40,686 nt of DNA from Promethearchaeota archaeon (GTDB lineage Archaea; Asgardarchaeota; Lokiarchaeia; Sigyniarchaeales; SOKP01). The stretch's first letter is position 1; each line of letters opens with the position of its first letter. Positions 1-9,788 of this stretch are shown in pieces. The notes under the pieces are model-generated. The model was not told the DNA's origin and ran no database searches. It saw only the letters and a list, made by a program, of their open reading frames with translations. Both the position numbers and the translations under genes were made by a program. The stretch is from assembly GCA_048941285.1 (NCBI GenBank), contig JBHLNS010000031.1, positions 1-40,686 of the forward strand, in the 5' to 3' direction.

Positions 1-3000
1 GAACTATATAATACCCACCATTATATGGTTTACACAGATATCCTTTTGGAAAAAATCCTGGAGAATACATAGCTCCACTGCACAATGGTTTTTCAGGATG
101 AATTATTAGTTTTTCAGGATGAGGTAATTGAAATGAGCCTACTCCATGACATTTAAGGCAAGCTGCAGAATAATTGGTAGAAATGAAATGTCTTGGTTTT
201 GCAAGAGGGAATTCAAGATTACAATTTCTGCAATACCATTTTTCTTTCCGCTCCATAATTTGGTTACATTTAGGACAATAATTGTCTCCTATATATGAAA
301 ATATATTAGCTAAATGAAGGGATATGTCAGTAATTCGTCCTATATTATTTCGAACGTTGAAAAACCATCCTTGAATAATTTTTTCTGGGATAATTATTGC
401 TGTAACACCTAAACCTTGAATATTTTCAACTAGAGTTTCATTATTTTCTTTTGTACTTTGTCTTTCATACATAGATAATGTTTCTAAATATCTTCGTCTT
501 GCTTCTGCCTCAAGAGTATCCATAATCAAACTGGATTTACCTGATCCAGAAACTCCAGTGATTATTGTCAGTTTCTTTTTAGGTATCTTAACATTTATAT
601 TCTTTAAATTATGAATATGAGCATTTTGAATGACGATTTCTTCTGAACTCACTTTTTTTTTCTGCTCTTTATCAATAAATGGTAGAATCTTATCTTCACA
701 TTTTAAGGCTTGTGCTGTAAAAGATTCTTTTACCTCCACAAATTTATCTAGCGGACCTTGATATATTATATCTCCACCATTAGGCCCAGATCCTGGACCA
801 AGATCTATAATCCAGTCAGCAGATCTAATTATATCGATATTATGTTCCACTATAACAATTGTTGCTCCATTTTGAATTAAATTATCTAAGATTTTTAATA
901 ACCCTGCTAAATCTTTTGGATGTAATCCTGTTGATGGTTCGTCTAAAATAATTAATTGTTCTTTTAAAGTCTTTTGTCCAAGGTACTTTGATAATTTAAT
1001 TCGTTGAGCCTCACCCCCCGATAATGTTGGAGAGGGTTGACCTAGAGATAAATATCCCAAACCAATATCGCTAAGAGCTTTTAGCATCTGCTTTGCAGAA
1101 TCTAAATCTCCAATAGATAATCGCTTGTCTTTATCTAAAATCCTCAAAACCTCTGAAATAGGAAGTTCATAGAACTCTGCGATAGAATATTCCTTGTCTA
1201 CAAAATTAACCTTTTTAGCAAGAATCTCTTCTGAAAATCGGTCACCATTACAATCTGGACAAGTAACCCAATTAGAAGGTAAATATTTCAATTTAATCTC
1301 AAGAGCTCCCATTCCATTACATGTTGGACATTGCCCTTCTGGAGTATTGAATGAAAAATAGGTAGCTTTAAATTTAGTAGCTTTTGCGAAAATTTTTCTA
1401 ATAAGATCAGCTATATTTGTATAGGTAGCAGGATTAGATCTGGGATTATTCCCAATAGGTCCTTGATCTACAATTATAGGTTTCATTTTTGGGCCTAAAA
1501 TTCCATTACAACCGATTGGTTCCTTCTCTTTTAGTGTAGGATATAATACCTCTTCTACCAAAGTACTTTTCCCTGAACCAGATACGCCTGTGATTACTGT
1601 TAGCCGGTTTAGAGGGAACTTACAATAAATATTCTTTAAATTATGCTTATAAGCAGCCTCTAATGTTAAGAATAATTGAGGTTTAGATCTATGTTTAGGT
1701 ATTTTCACCTTTTCTCTTGAACTAAAAAATTTACCAGTGGGAGTATCTACTTTCCATAATTCAGCAGGACTCCCTGTAAATATGATCTCACCCCCATTTC
1801 TTCCAGCACCGGGACCCATATCAATAACATTATCAGCAGATACTGCAGCTTGTTTATCATGTTCAATATAAATTATAGAACCCCCTAGATTCTGTAATAT
1901 AGGCATTAATCTCGCGATGTCGGCGGGATGTTGACCAATTGTTGGTTCATCAAGTATATGAGTGATATCTTCTAATCCACTTAATAATGCAATGGCTAGC
2001 CGAACTCTTTGAGATTCACCCCTAGATAAAGATGGGGAAACACGATCTAAAGTTAAATAATTTAATCCTACAGAATTGAGTGCAAGCAAACGCTTTTTAA
2101 TTTCTTGTAGTAATCTAGATGTAATCATTAATTCCTTTTTAGAAAAAAGAGTAACTAAATCTCCTACTGATTTTGTTAATATCTCTGAAAATAATAATCC
2201 TTCCCATGTAACATTAGACGCTAATGGGTGATATCCTGTTTCATTACATTCATTACACCCTTTTGCATTACAATAAGGACAATTTTTGTTAAAGTGGGTA
2301 GGTTCAAGCTCCATAAACCAAGTGCCACATTCAAAACATACGGGAGATCTAGAAATGAATAATTTTACTGTTTCTCCTTCAATAATTAATGAATTTGCCC
2401 CTAATGAGGAAATAGTTTGAATAATATTTCGAATCTCATTAATACTGCTGGTTTGGGTCACTTGACCGATTTGAATTTGAATGTCATGAGAATCTTTTGG
2501 ATTTATTTTTGTTTTCATAGGTTTTCCATCAACTATAACTGCTTCAGAACCAAATTCCTTCTTTAGAAGTGCTATTAATGTTTGATGGCTCCCTTTTACT
2601 TTCCTTACCAAAAGAGCTGAAATTTTCAATGACTCTAGATTTCTCAACCCATCAATCTTTGCGACTATCTCATCTTCTCCTAAAATTATTAATGTATTAC
2701 CACATATATGGCACTTTCTATCCCCAAATCTAGCATACAGAATCTTTAAAAGCGGAATAAGTCCAATTGCAGATGCTAGGATGGAATTTGGATTTCGATT
2801 AAGAATATTCTGACCAAGTGCTATAGTAGGTCCTAATCCAGTTATAGATTTTACTTTTGCGGGAGTAAGTTTCATCTCATCTTTATTGATAGAAAATGCT
2901 TCTAAAAATCTACGGCGAGCTTCTTTATATAAAATGTCAAAAATTAGTGAAGTTTTTCCAGACCCAGAAACACCAGTTACAACTGTAAGCCCGTCTTTAA

Positions 3001-3058
3001 TCTCTACATCAATATCTTTTAAATTATGTTCTTGTGCTCCTCGAATCTTGATTTCCAT
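1..3058 (-). CDS. uvrA: Internally duplicated (double) UvrA-like ABC ATPase; partial, >1019 aa, runs off the left edge
   Basis: Not in the ORF track because there is no stop in the window. Hand translation from ATG 3058 gives MEIKIRGAQEHNLKDIDVEIKDGLTVVTGVSGSGKTSL. It then has LSRGESQR, HILDEPT, a second GVSGSGKST (~1570), LSGGEAQR (~1015) and LDEPSTGLH. A third UvrA start follows in the same frame (IQNAHIHNLKNINVKIPKKKLTIITGVSGSGKSSL, ~530-630). Several CxxC pairs are present. Confidence 0.9.
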   Translation of the reverse strand, partial: MEIKIRGAQEHNLKDIDVEIKDGLTVVTGVSGSGKTSLIFDILYKEARRRFLEAFSINKDEMKLTPAKVKSITGLGPTIALGQNILNRNPNSILASAIGLIPLLKILYARFGDRKCHICGNTLIILGEDEIVAKIDGLRNLESLKISALLVRKVKGSHQTLIALLKKEFGSEAVIVDGKPMKTKINPKDSHDIQIQIGQVTQTSSINEIRNIIQTISSLGANSLIIEGETVKLFISRSPVCFECGTWFMELEPTHFNKNCPYCNAKGCNECNETGYHPLASNVTWEGLLFSEILTKSVGDLVTLFSKKELMITSRLLQEIKKRLLALNSVGLNYLTLDRVSPSLSRGESQRVRLAIALLSGLEDITHILDEPTIGQHPADIARLMPILQNLGGSIIYIEHDKQAAVSADNVIDMGPGAGRNGGEIIFTGSPAELWKVDTPTGKFFSSREKVKIPKHRSKPQLFLTLEAAYKHNLKNIYCKFPLNRLTVITGVSGSGKSTLVEEVLYPTLKEKEPIGCNGILGPKMKPIIVDQGPIGNNPRSNPATYTNIADLIRKIFAKATKFKATYFSFNTPEGQCPTCNGMGALEIKLKYLPSNWVTCPDCNGDRFSEEILAKKVNFVDKEYSIAEFYELPISEVLRILDKDKRLSIGDLDSAKQMLKALSDIGLGYLSLGQPSPTLSGGEAQRIKLSKYLGQKTLKEQLIILDEPSTGLHPKDLAGLLKILDNLIQNGATIVIVEHNIDIIRSADWIIDLGPGSGPNGGDIIYQGPLDKFVEVKESFTAQALKCEDKILPFIDKEQKKKVSSEEIVIQNAHIHNLKNINVKIPKKKLTIITGVSGSGKSSLIMDTLEAEARRRYLETLSMYERQSTKENNETLVENIQGLGVTAIIIPEKIIQGWFFNVRNNIGRITDISLHLANIFSYIGDNYCPKCNQIMERKEKWYCRNCNLEFPLAKPRHFISTNYSAACLKCHGVGSFQLPHPEKLIIHPEKPLCSGAMYSPGFFPKGYLCKPYNGGYYIV

Positions 3059-3076
3059 GGTACTTTTAGTTTCTAT

Positions 3077-5584
3077 TTAATTAAGATAAGGTCCAGTTTT
3101 GGATTTTTTGTTTAATATAATTTTTTTTGGACTTCCCTTTGCAATAATTTCTCCTCCTTTAGGTCCGCCCTCAGGTCCTAACTCTATAAGATAATCACAA
3201 TATGAAAGAATCTCAGGATCATGTTCAATAATAAGAACAGAATTTCCTTCCTGAACTAATTTCTCGAGTAAATCCATTAATTTTACTGAATCATAAAAAG
3301 ACAATCCAACTGTAGGCTCATCCAAAATATAAAGTGATTTATCCTTTCTCACTTTTCCTAATTCTTTTGCCAATTTAACTCGTTGTGCTTCCCCTCCACT
3401 TAATGTGGGCGCGGGCTGTCCAAGCTCAATATACCCCATGCCTATCTCATCTAATATCTTTAACACATTCGAGATGCTTAGCTGAGATTTAAACAATTCT
3501 GCTGCCTCATTTACAGTCATTTCAAGTACATCTACAATTGATTTACCCTTATACTTAACTTCCAAAATCTCAGGGATATATCGTAATCCTTTACATTCTT
3601 TACAGGGAATCGTAAAACTGGTGAGAAACGATACTTGAAGATCTTGTACTCCCTGACCTTTGCATGAGGGACAACGTCCGCGATCAGAATTATAGGAAAA
3701 ATGGCCTGCAGTATATTTTCGCTTTCTTGCTTCGGTAGTTTTAGCAAATTCATTACGAATTTTATCCCAGATACCAATAAACGAGCAAGGAGTAGAAGTT
3801 CGGGTACGAGAGATTGGTTTTTGATTAACAACTACAACCTCATTAATATTTTGCCAGCCCTCTACCTGTCCGGAATATTCCAGTAAATCTTCTCCATTCT
3901 CTTCTTCTTCCTCATTGCTATTCTCATCCGTCTTGTTTTGTTGCTTTTGAGCACCTCGTTTGAAATGTGGCTTTAATAATGGAACTAAAGTGTCTAGGAT
4001 GAGAGAGCTTTTTCCAGAACCAGATACACCTGCAATACCTACCATTAAACCTAAAGGTATCTTTACAGTAATACCCTTTAAATTATTAGTACTTGCTCCC
4101 TTAATAGTCAAATATTTGGTTGATTTATCAATGATTCTCTGTAACTTGGATTCTTTTTTAGGTAATTCGATATTTCCCGCAAGAAACTGTCCTGTATATG
4201 ACTCCTCGACTTTTTTGATACCTTCTAAGGAACCTTGATATACTATTTTACCACCATGAACTCCTGCTCCTGGTCCGATATCAATTATCTCATCAGCAAT
4301 TTCAATGAACCGTTTATCATGTTCGACTATAATGATTGTATTTCCTAAATCTTTTAATTGTTGCAATAAATTAACCAATGAATCCTTTTCGCATTCATGT
4401 AAACTCATGCTAGGTTCGTCCAAAATATAAATTAATGAATCTAATCCCCCCTCTAGGTGTGTCATAAGGGATAATCTCTGTAGTTCTCCACCGCTTAGAG
4501 AGGGTAAAGATCGATTTAAGTGTAGATAAGATAGTCCTACATTAACCATTCGTTTTAATCCTAACTTTATGTTTTCCATCATCGCTCTACCTTGAGGGCT
4601 TTTTATATCCTCATCAGTTAATCTATCAAAATATTCCTGTAATTCGTCAATCGTCATCATTGCCAATTCTCCAATATGTTTCTCTCCAATTTTGATACTT
4701 CGGGCCTGTTCGTTAATTCGATAGCCCTCACATTCACCACATTTTAACTTTGACATATAATTTTTATTAATTTTATTTCGTCTATAGGTACTTTTACTTT
4801 CAGAGAGTGCTCTCTCAATATGCGGAATGATACCCTCAAATACGCTTTCTAATTCACCAGTGAATCTTTTTGATTCCCATTGAAATTTAAGCTTTTTACC
4901 GCTACCATATAGAAAAATTTTTTTAATCTCGTCAGACAGGTCTTTATATGGTGTTTTAATATCAAAATCATAAATATTCCCTAATTGTTCAACGAATCGT
5001 AGTTGATCTGCAAAGACTGCTGAACCTGCTTTTGTTATTTGTATTAAATTTTTATTATAATCTTTAACAATCATCTCTTCAGTGAGATGCATCGCATATC
5101 CTCGACCCTTGCATTCCAAGCACATTCCTGAAGGTTCATTAAAGGAGAAATGCTTTATCTGAAGCCTATCAACTAACATCCCACATAGGCCACATTCAAG
5201 AGTGGATTGGTTCACAGGTTCTTTACATATTGGACAAAGTAAGATACCTTCAGTAGCATATAGCATTCTAATTAAACCATAAATACCCGTTTTAGTTCCC
5301 ACAGTTGAACGAGGATTAAAAACACGGGTAGTTCTTTGCTCAACAGCAACTGTCGGACTCAAACCTTCAATCATATCGAAGGGTTTATCATCCTCGAACT
5401 TTGGAGGGAATCCAATTGATTGTAAGTATCGATTCATTCCCTCGTCAAATATAATGTCAAAAGCAAGGCTCGATTTTCCTGAACCCGAAACTCCTGTAAT
5501 CAGTATCATTTTCTTTTTAGGTATATTCACATTAATATCCTTTAGGTTATGAATCCTTGCCCCTAAAATTTTTATCTCATCCAT
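3077..5584 (-). CDS. uvrA: UvrA-family ATPase, class II-like (UvrA2/DrrC/Ecm16 type)
   Basis: Two GVSGSGKSS Walker A motifs, two LSGGE signatures, LDEP Walker B motifs and CxxC zinc modules. CPICKEPVNQSTLECGLCG leaves no room for the UvrB-binding domain. Confidence 0.9.
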   Translation of the reverse strand: MDEIKILGARIHNLKDINVNIPKKKMILITGVSGSGKSSLAFDIIFDEGMNRYLQSIGFPPKFEDDKPFDMIEGLSPTVAVEQRTTRVFNPRSTVGTKTGIYGLIRMLYATEGILLCPICKEPVNQSTLECGLCGMLVDRLQIKHFSFNEPSGMCLECKGRGYAMHLTEEMIVKDYNKNLIQITKAGSAVFADQLRFVEQLGNIYDFDIKTPYKDLSDEIKKIFLYGSGKKLKFQWESKRFTGELESVFEGIIPHIERALSESKSTYRRNKINKNYMSKLKCGECEGYRINEQARSIKIGEKHIGELAMMTIDELQEYFDRLTDEDIKSPQGRAMMENIKLGLKRMVNVGLSYLHLNRSLPSLSGGELQRLSLMTHLEGGLDSLIYILDEPSMSLHECEKDSLVNLLQQLKDLGNTIIIVEHDKRFIEIADEIIDIGPGAGVHGGKIVYQGSLEGIKKVEESYTGQFLAGNIELPKKESKLQRIIDKSTKYLTIKGASTNNLKGITVKIPLGLMVGIAGVSGSGKSSLILDTLVPLLKPHFKRGAQKQQNKTDENSNEEEEENGEDLLEYSGQVEGWQNINEVVVVNQKPISRTRTSTPCSFIGIWDKIRNEFAKTTEARKRKYTAGHFSYNSDRGRCPSCKGQGVQDLQVSFLTSFTIPCKECKGLRYIPEILEVKYKGKSIVDVLEMTVNEAAELFKSQLSISNVLKILDEIGMGYIELGQPAPTLSGGEAQRVKLAKELGKVRKDKSLYILDEPTVGLSFYDSVKLMDLLEKLVQEGNSVLIIEHDPEILSYCDYLIELGPEGGPKGGEIIAKGSPKKIILNKKSKTGPYLN

Positions 5585-5606
5585 ACTTTAACTCATCACT
5601 ACTCTA

Positions 5607-6281
5607 TTATATTTTCTGATAAATATAAAATCCACAATCAAATTCTTTAGGGTTTTTTTTAAGCATAACTATGTCCTTTTCATATCCCTCTAATTCCATA
5701 AGTTCCTTAGATCCTTTATATTTAATACGTAATTCATTAATCTTATTCTCCAATGGGGAATAAAACTCTGTCCACCAAGCTTTCTCTGGTAATAAGAACT
5801 TATCTAGAAGTTTAAAACCAAGTTTAGGAAAGATTTCTAAATTATTTTTCACCCATTTAATAGTTTCAAAAGAGACAAGGAAACCTTTTTTCTTTAAAAT
5901 CCGATTACATTCTTTTAGAGCTTTCTTAATATTAAGGATATGTATTACACCTTCTTCCCAAATTAGGTCAAATCTTCCATTGGGGAATTTGGTATTATAT
6001 ACTGAACGATTGAATGTTTTAATACGATTTGATAGCCCTTTTTTTTCAATTTTTACATTGAATTTATTTAAAGCTGACTGGTCGATATCTAATCCTATAA
6101 TCTCTCCATCACTTAGTTTTGCGAGTTCAAGAGTAGGTATGCCTGAGCCACATCCAATATCTAATATTTGTGGATTCTCCATTTTAGGAAGCATTTCAAA
6201 AGCCATTCTTGTGTATTTAAGGAACACTTTTCGCATTTCATCAGCATTTAACTCTTTTAGAATATCTTTCAACATTTTCAC
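5607..6281 (-). CDS. Class I SAM-dependent methyltransferase
   Basis: ILDIGCGSG motif I, GLDID, FDLIWEEG. The GTG start overlaps the upstream TGA; ATG at 6275 is an alternative start. Confidence 0.85.
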   Translation of the reverse strand: MKMLKDILKELNADEMRKVFLKYTRMAFEMLPKMENPQILDIGCGSGIPTLELAKLSDGEIIGLDIDQSALNKFNVKIEKKGLSNRIKTFNRSVYNTKFPNGRFDLIWEEGVIHILNIKKALKECNRILKKKGFLVSFETIKWVKNNLEIFPKLGFKLLDKFLLPEKAWWTEFYSPLENKINELRIKYKGSKELMELEGYEKDIVMLKKNPKEFDCGFYIYQKI

Positions 6282-6715
6282 ACCTTTTTTTTTTTATTTG
6301 GATTAATATTAATACCGCAATCATAGCATTCTTCATCATGAATGCAAATCTCGCCACCACAATCAGGGCATGTATAGAGCTCTTCTTGCTCTTGAAGCCA
6401 CGTCTCATCTCCAATTTCTTCAATTCTCTTTAAATTTTCTATAAGGCTTAGAGAATATCTTTCTCTGTAGAGTTTATCGATTTTTTTTAAGTTCTGACAA
6501 GGAATGTTATCGCATTGATAACAATAATCTATTTCATTTTTTCTTAGTTTGGGACAATTTCTTCTAATAAATGCACAATTTTTATTCCTTATCCGACATC
6601 CCTTACAACCAATTTTAAAGCCTCTTTCCTCCAACATTTCTTTTTTCAATAAAAGATATTGACGACAAGCGCCGCAATATATGCCACAGGGAGCTGCTAA
6701 ATTATTATCTACCAT
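6278..6715 (-). CDS. Cys-rich DUF3795-like metal/Fe-S-binding protein
   Basis: APCGIYCGAC...CKGC...C...C...YCYQC...PC pattern plus a C-terminal CPDCGG..C....CYDC. Confidence 0.75.
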   Translation of the reverse strand: MVDNNLAAPCGIYCGACRQYLLLKKEMLEERGFKIGCKGCRIRNKNCAFIRRNCPKLRKNEIDYCYQCDNIPCQNLKKIDKLYRERYSLSLIENLKRIEEIGDETWLQEQEELYTCPDCGGEICIHDEECYDCGININPNKKKKV

Positions 6716-6725
6716 TTTTTAGCAC

Positions 6726-7862
6726 CTAGTTTTTTATTTTAGATAATTTTGTGAATAATTCTTCTTCTCTTGAAATGATAAATAGAGCTATATTATACAA
6801 TTCACCAAGATCTACATGGTTCAGACAATCGCTTTTGTATTCATCTGCGGCATTTTTCAAAATATCTGCGATAAGAGTCCAATTTTGAGCAGAATCACTA
6901 ATAATCGGGATGCACTCCTCGAGAATCCTGAATTCATTAGAATTCCATGCTCTAGGACCTACTTTAAGCTCAGGATGTATTAGTAATTCTTCTAAGAACT
7001 CTTTATAGAGCTTTCGGAATGACCCACCTCCCGTTCCCCATGTTTCAATATAACCATGGGTAAGCTCAAACATTAATCGCGCTAGTGAAATTTCTTTTCC
7101 TTTTGAGTTTGTAATTGTTTTTTTTAGTTTTTCTCCCCATGTAAGCAAAGAATTCGCAAATTGTTTTAATCCTTGAAGGCCATTACTATTCATTGAGGGA
7201 CGTAGCATATTATTTACCACTTTTTGAATTGCTAACTTAACACCCCCAGCTAAAGGGGGGCGCTTATCATCAGCTCGGCGTGTCATGGAGAATTGGGTAT
7301 TTTTAGGATGCATAAACTTCGGGCCATAAGTGGAACTCCTCGCTGTCTTAAGAATTTCAATAGAAACCTCTTGAAAATCCTCAAATTCTGTATCACCTAT
7401 ATAAACTATACCTTTCTCCTCATCATAGCCACCTAATACAATCGTATGCCCTCCAAAATGAGCTTCTTCCATTTCATCATCAAAACCTTCATAAGGCATA
7501 TAAACAATATCCACTCTTAATAAAAGCGGAATATCTTGGGCTAACATAATCTTAGATTCTTCCCAAGCTTTATCAGCATTTGTGAATGATTGTTTTCTAA
7601 GAGTAATACCTAATAGTCGGCATGCTAGACTGCTTGGTTCAATTGTTCCCTGTTTACCACCTAAGAAAAATGGGATATCAGATTTAGGGATAAAGGAAGT
7701 CTGACCGGTGGTATCAAAAAATCCAAAACCCATTGTAGCATCCAATCCAAATGCCATCGGTTCAGACATGGGAAATCCGTAATACTCAAATAAATCTCTC
7801 ATTGAAGAAGATTCGCAATGATGACCAATTCGATGTATAAAATTTTTAACTATATGTTTCAT
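6726..7862 (-). CDS. BtrH N-terminal / DUF4872-like protein (papain-like fold)
   Basis: N-terminal HCESS..RDL..YYG..MSEPMAFGL and HFGGHTIVLGGYD....VYIGD; candidate Cys/His/Asp triad. Confidence 0.75.
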   Translation of the reverse strand: MKHIVKNFIHRIGHHCESSSMRDLFEYYGFPMSEPMAFGLDATMGFGFFDTTGQTSFIPKSDIPFFLGGKQGTIEPSSLACRLLGITLRKQSFTNADKAWEESKIMLAQDIPLLLRVDIVYMPYEGFDDEMEEAHFGGHTIVLGGYDEEKGIVYIGDTEFEDFQEVSIEILKTARSSTYGPKFMHPKNTQFSMTRRADDKRPPLAGGVKLAIQKVVNNMLRPSMNSNGLQGLKQFANSLLTWGEKLKKTITNSKGKEISLARLMFELTHGYIETWGTGGGSFRKLYKEFLEELLIHPELKVGPRAWNSNEFRILEECIPIISDSAQNWTLIADILKNAADEYKSDCLNHVDLGELYNIALFIISREEELFTKLSKIKN

Positions 7863-7883
7863 TTTATAACTGCCTCATTAAAT

Positions 7884-8492
7884 TTAGTTATAATCATCAG
7901 GGCTAAAGTTCCCCTCAACTTTGATGATTTCTTCCAAAACCATTTCAAAAAAATCTTCATCTGTTTCGAGAATTTTAATAGGGTGTATAAAGAGTCCTGT
8001 TACGTTGATTGGGATTCTTGAAAAATTTAATAGCATAGCGTCTAACATTTGTTTTAACTCCTTTCTATGTAATTTTATAATTTGCAAAGCATGACTAAAA
8101 GCTTCAATCTGCTCTTCAAGACTTAGAATTGGAAACATTGAAAAAGCAACATAAAAGTCTTCATCCATTTTCCCAATATAATTATATAATACATCGTAAA
8201 CCTTTTTTTTTAATATATCATAGCCAAATTCAGTTATCTTATAATTTTTTCTTATCCTATTATCAATTTCTTCTTCAAAACTCTCTACTAATTCATCATT
8301 CTCTAATCTATCTAAGGTTCTATATATAGTGGAAAAGGAAAAATCCACACCTATGTTTGTCCAATCTCTCATTCCTCGTTCTTCAATTCTTTTGTTAATA
8401 TCATAAGCATGGCATCCACCTTCATGCATTTTCTCATTAATTAAGCCTAAAATGACAAACGCTCGATGTTTTAACGTATAATTTTCATTCAA
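7884..8492 (-). CDS. PadR-family transcriptional regulator
   Basis: ILGLI...HAYDINKRI...STIYRTLDRLENDELV...RKNYKITEFG winged helix; TTG start. Confidence 0.85.
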   Translation of the reverse strand: MNENYTLKHRAFVILGLINEKMHEGGCHAYDINKRIEERGMRDWTNIGVDFSFSTIYRTLDRLENDELVESFEEEIDNRIRKNYKITEFGYDILKKKVYDVLYNYIGKMDEDFYVAFSMFPILSLEEQIEAFSHALQIIKLHRKELKQMLDAMLLNFSRIPINVTGLFIHPIKILETDEDFFEMVLEEIIKVEGNFSPDDYN

Positions 8493-8537
8493 TGTAAATC
8501 ATTATTATTAGCATTTTTAAATAATTGAGATTATCTC

Positions 8538-8569
8538 TATATATGCAAATTAAGAAAAATGCATATATA
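8538..8569. promoter_or_regulatory. Perfect 10-12-10 inverted repeat, candidate operator overlapping a minus-strand TATA box
   Basis: TATATATGCA (8538-8547) and TGCATATATA (8560-8569). TTTATATA on the minus strand at 8571-8564 lies upstream of padR. Confidence 0.5.
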
Positions 8570-8729
8570 AATGTTTGCAAAAAATGAAAAATGACAATAT
8601 AACAAAAGTAGACCAGAATTCTAAAAAAAATCAAAAATGTAGATAATGAGTTGGAGAAAAATAAATTTATCTTTTTTTGCTCTTTTTTTCAAAATAAAAT
8701 AAGTAATAATTAAAATAAGTGAGAAATTT

Positions 8730-9062
8730 ATGGACATGAAAGAAATTATAAAACTATGTAAATTGACTGAGGAAGAAATGACAGAATATTTAAAATTAAC
8801 TAAAAATATTGACCATAAGGAAGATCATAAACGAGCATACAGAACGATGATGAATCAAACTAGAAGAGAATTGTTAAAATTCATTGGGATTAACGTAAAA
8901 ACTTTTAAAGAATTAAAAGATAATTTTAAAGAAGTAAGTGATACTTTAAATTATCACTTATCAATGTTAGAACAACTATTTTATGTCGCAAATACAAAAT
9001 CCGGTTGGAAAGCTACTCCAAGAGGCATAGGATTTTTGTACAATGCAATAATGGAAGATTAA
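8730..9062 (+). CDS. ArsR-like winged-helix protein
   Basis: NQTRRELLKFI...TFKELK...LNYHLSMLE...WKATPRG. Confidence 0.75.
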   Translation: MDMKEIIKLCKLTEEEMTEYLKLTKNIDHKEDHKRAYRTMMNQTRRELLKFIGINVKTFKELKDNFKEVSDTLNYHLSMLEQLFYVANTKSGWKATPRGIGFLYNAIMED

Positions 9063-9098
9063 AATTCTAGATCTTAATAACGGAATTATTGGATAATT

Positions 9099-9108
9099 AA
9101 AAAAAAAA
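9099..9108 (-). terminator. Oligo-T (T10 on minus strand), candidate archaeal terminator
   Basis: A10 run between convergent genes, about 20 nt past the stop of 9131..9598. Confidence 0.35.
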
Positions 9109-9130
9109 CAATTTAAATAATCTCATAGCT

Positions 9131-9598
9131 TTACAATGTAAAAGAGATTGTATCTTCGAGTTTTCCAAAAATACCTATTGTAATGATTTTATCTGGTTTA
9201 ATAAATATTCTAGTAGATTTTTCTAAACCTTCAGCAGTTAATTTCTTGTAGATTTTTTTTGTTACCATTCCATGATATGACAAAAATTCATCAAGAGATT
9301 CTTGTGTTAGTATACTCAATTCAGCTTTACCTTTAATATAAATTGCCTTAGGAATCTTGAATGAACCTGTTGCATCAAAGGTTAACCATACTTTATTATT
9401 TTGCTGAAGATTACTAATCTTTTTTCTTGTGTTTTTTGCCAAAATAATACAGGTTAAATCGGTTGTTATTGAAGGCTGAACTATGGTTGTATGTGGTTCT
9501 CCATTAGAGCAAGTACTTAGGGCACAAAAAGTTATTCCTCTTAGGACTTTCCGGATTTTTTCCTGGTGTTCTTCATCTATTTTTTTTTCCAACTTCAT
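9131..9598 (-). CDS. Pyridoxamine 5'-phosphate oxidase-like (flavin/F420 split-barrel) protein
   Basis: CALSTCSNGEPH...RKKISNLQQNNKVWLTFD...IYIKGKAE...IFIKPDKI. Confidence 0.7.
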   Translation of the reverse strand: MKLEKKIDEEHQEKIRKVLRGITFCALSTCSNGEPHTTIVQPSITTDLTCIILAKNTRKKISNLQQNNKVWLTFDATGSFKIPKAIYIKGKAELSILTQESLDEFLSYHGMVTKKIYKKLTAEGLEKSTRIFIKPDKIITIGIFGKLEDTISFTL

Positions 9599-9788
9599 TC
9601 ACTTCAGAATAAATAATAATATTCAATCGTAATTTTTTATAATCTATAGATATGAAGTTAGAAATATTCTATAAAAGATTTTAATAGACCATTTTTTTGT
9701 ATAAGAAATTCTTAATATTGTGATATTACCTCCTTTTTAAATGAAAACTCTAATATATATCACAATTGCTTATATCGTCATTTCTATA

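Noticed and set aside
88-122. 14-bp direct repeat GTTTTTCAGGATGA with 21-nt period
   Set aside because: Only two copies, encoding HPEK twice within UvrA; not a CRISPR array or regulatory repeat.
2886-3080. 64-aa plus-strand ORF
   Set aside because: Antisense shadow of the double-UvrA N-terminus.
9741-9788. Hydrophobic N-terminal extension suggesting a signal anchor on the nuclease-like protein
   Set aside because: Probably an over-extended ORF call; the conserved-looking sequence starts at ATG 9789.
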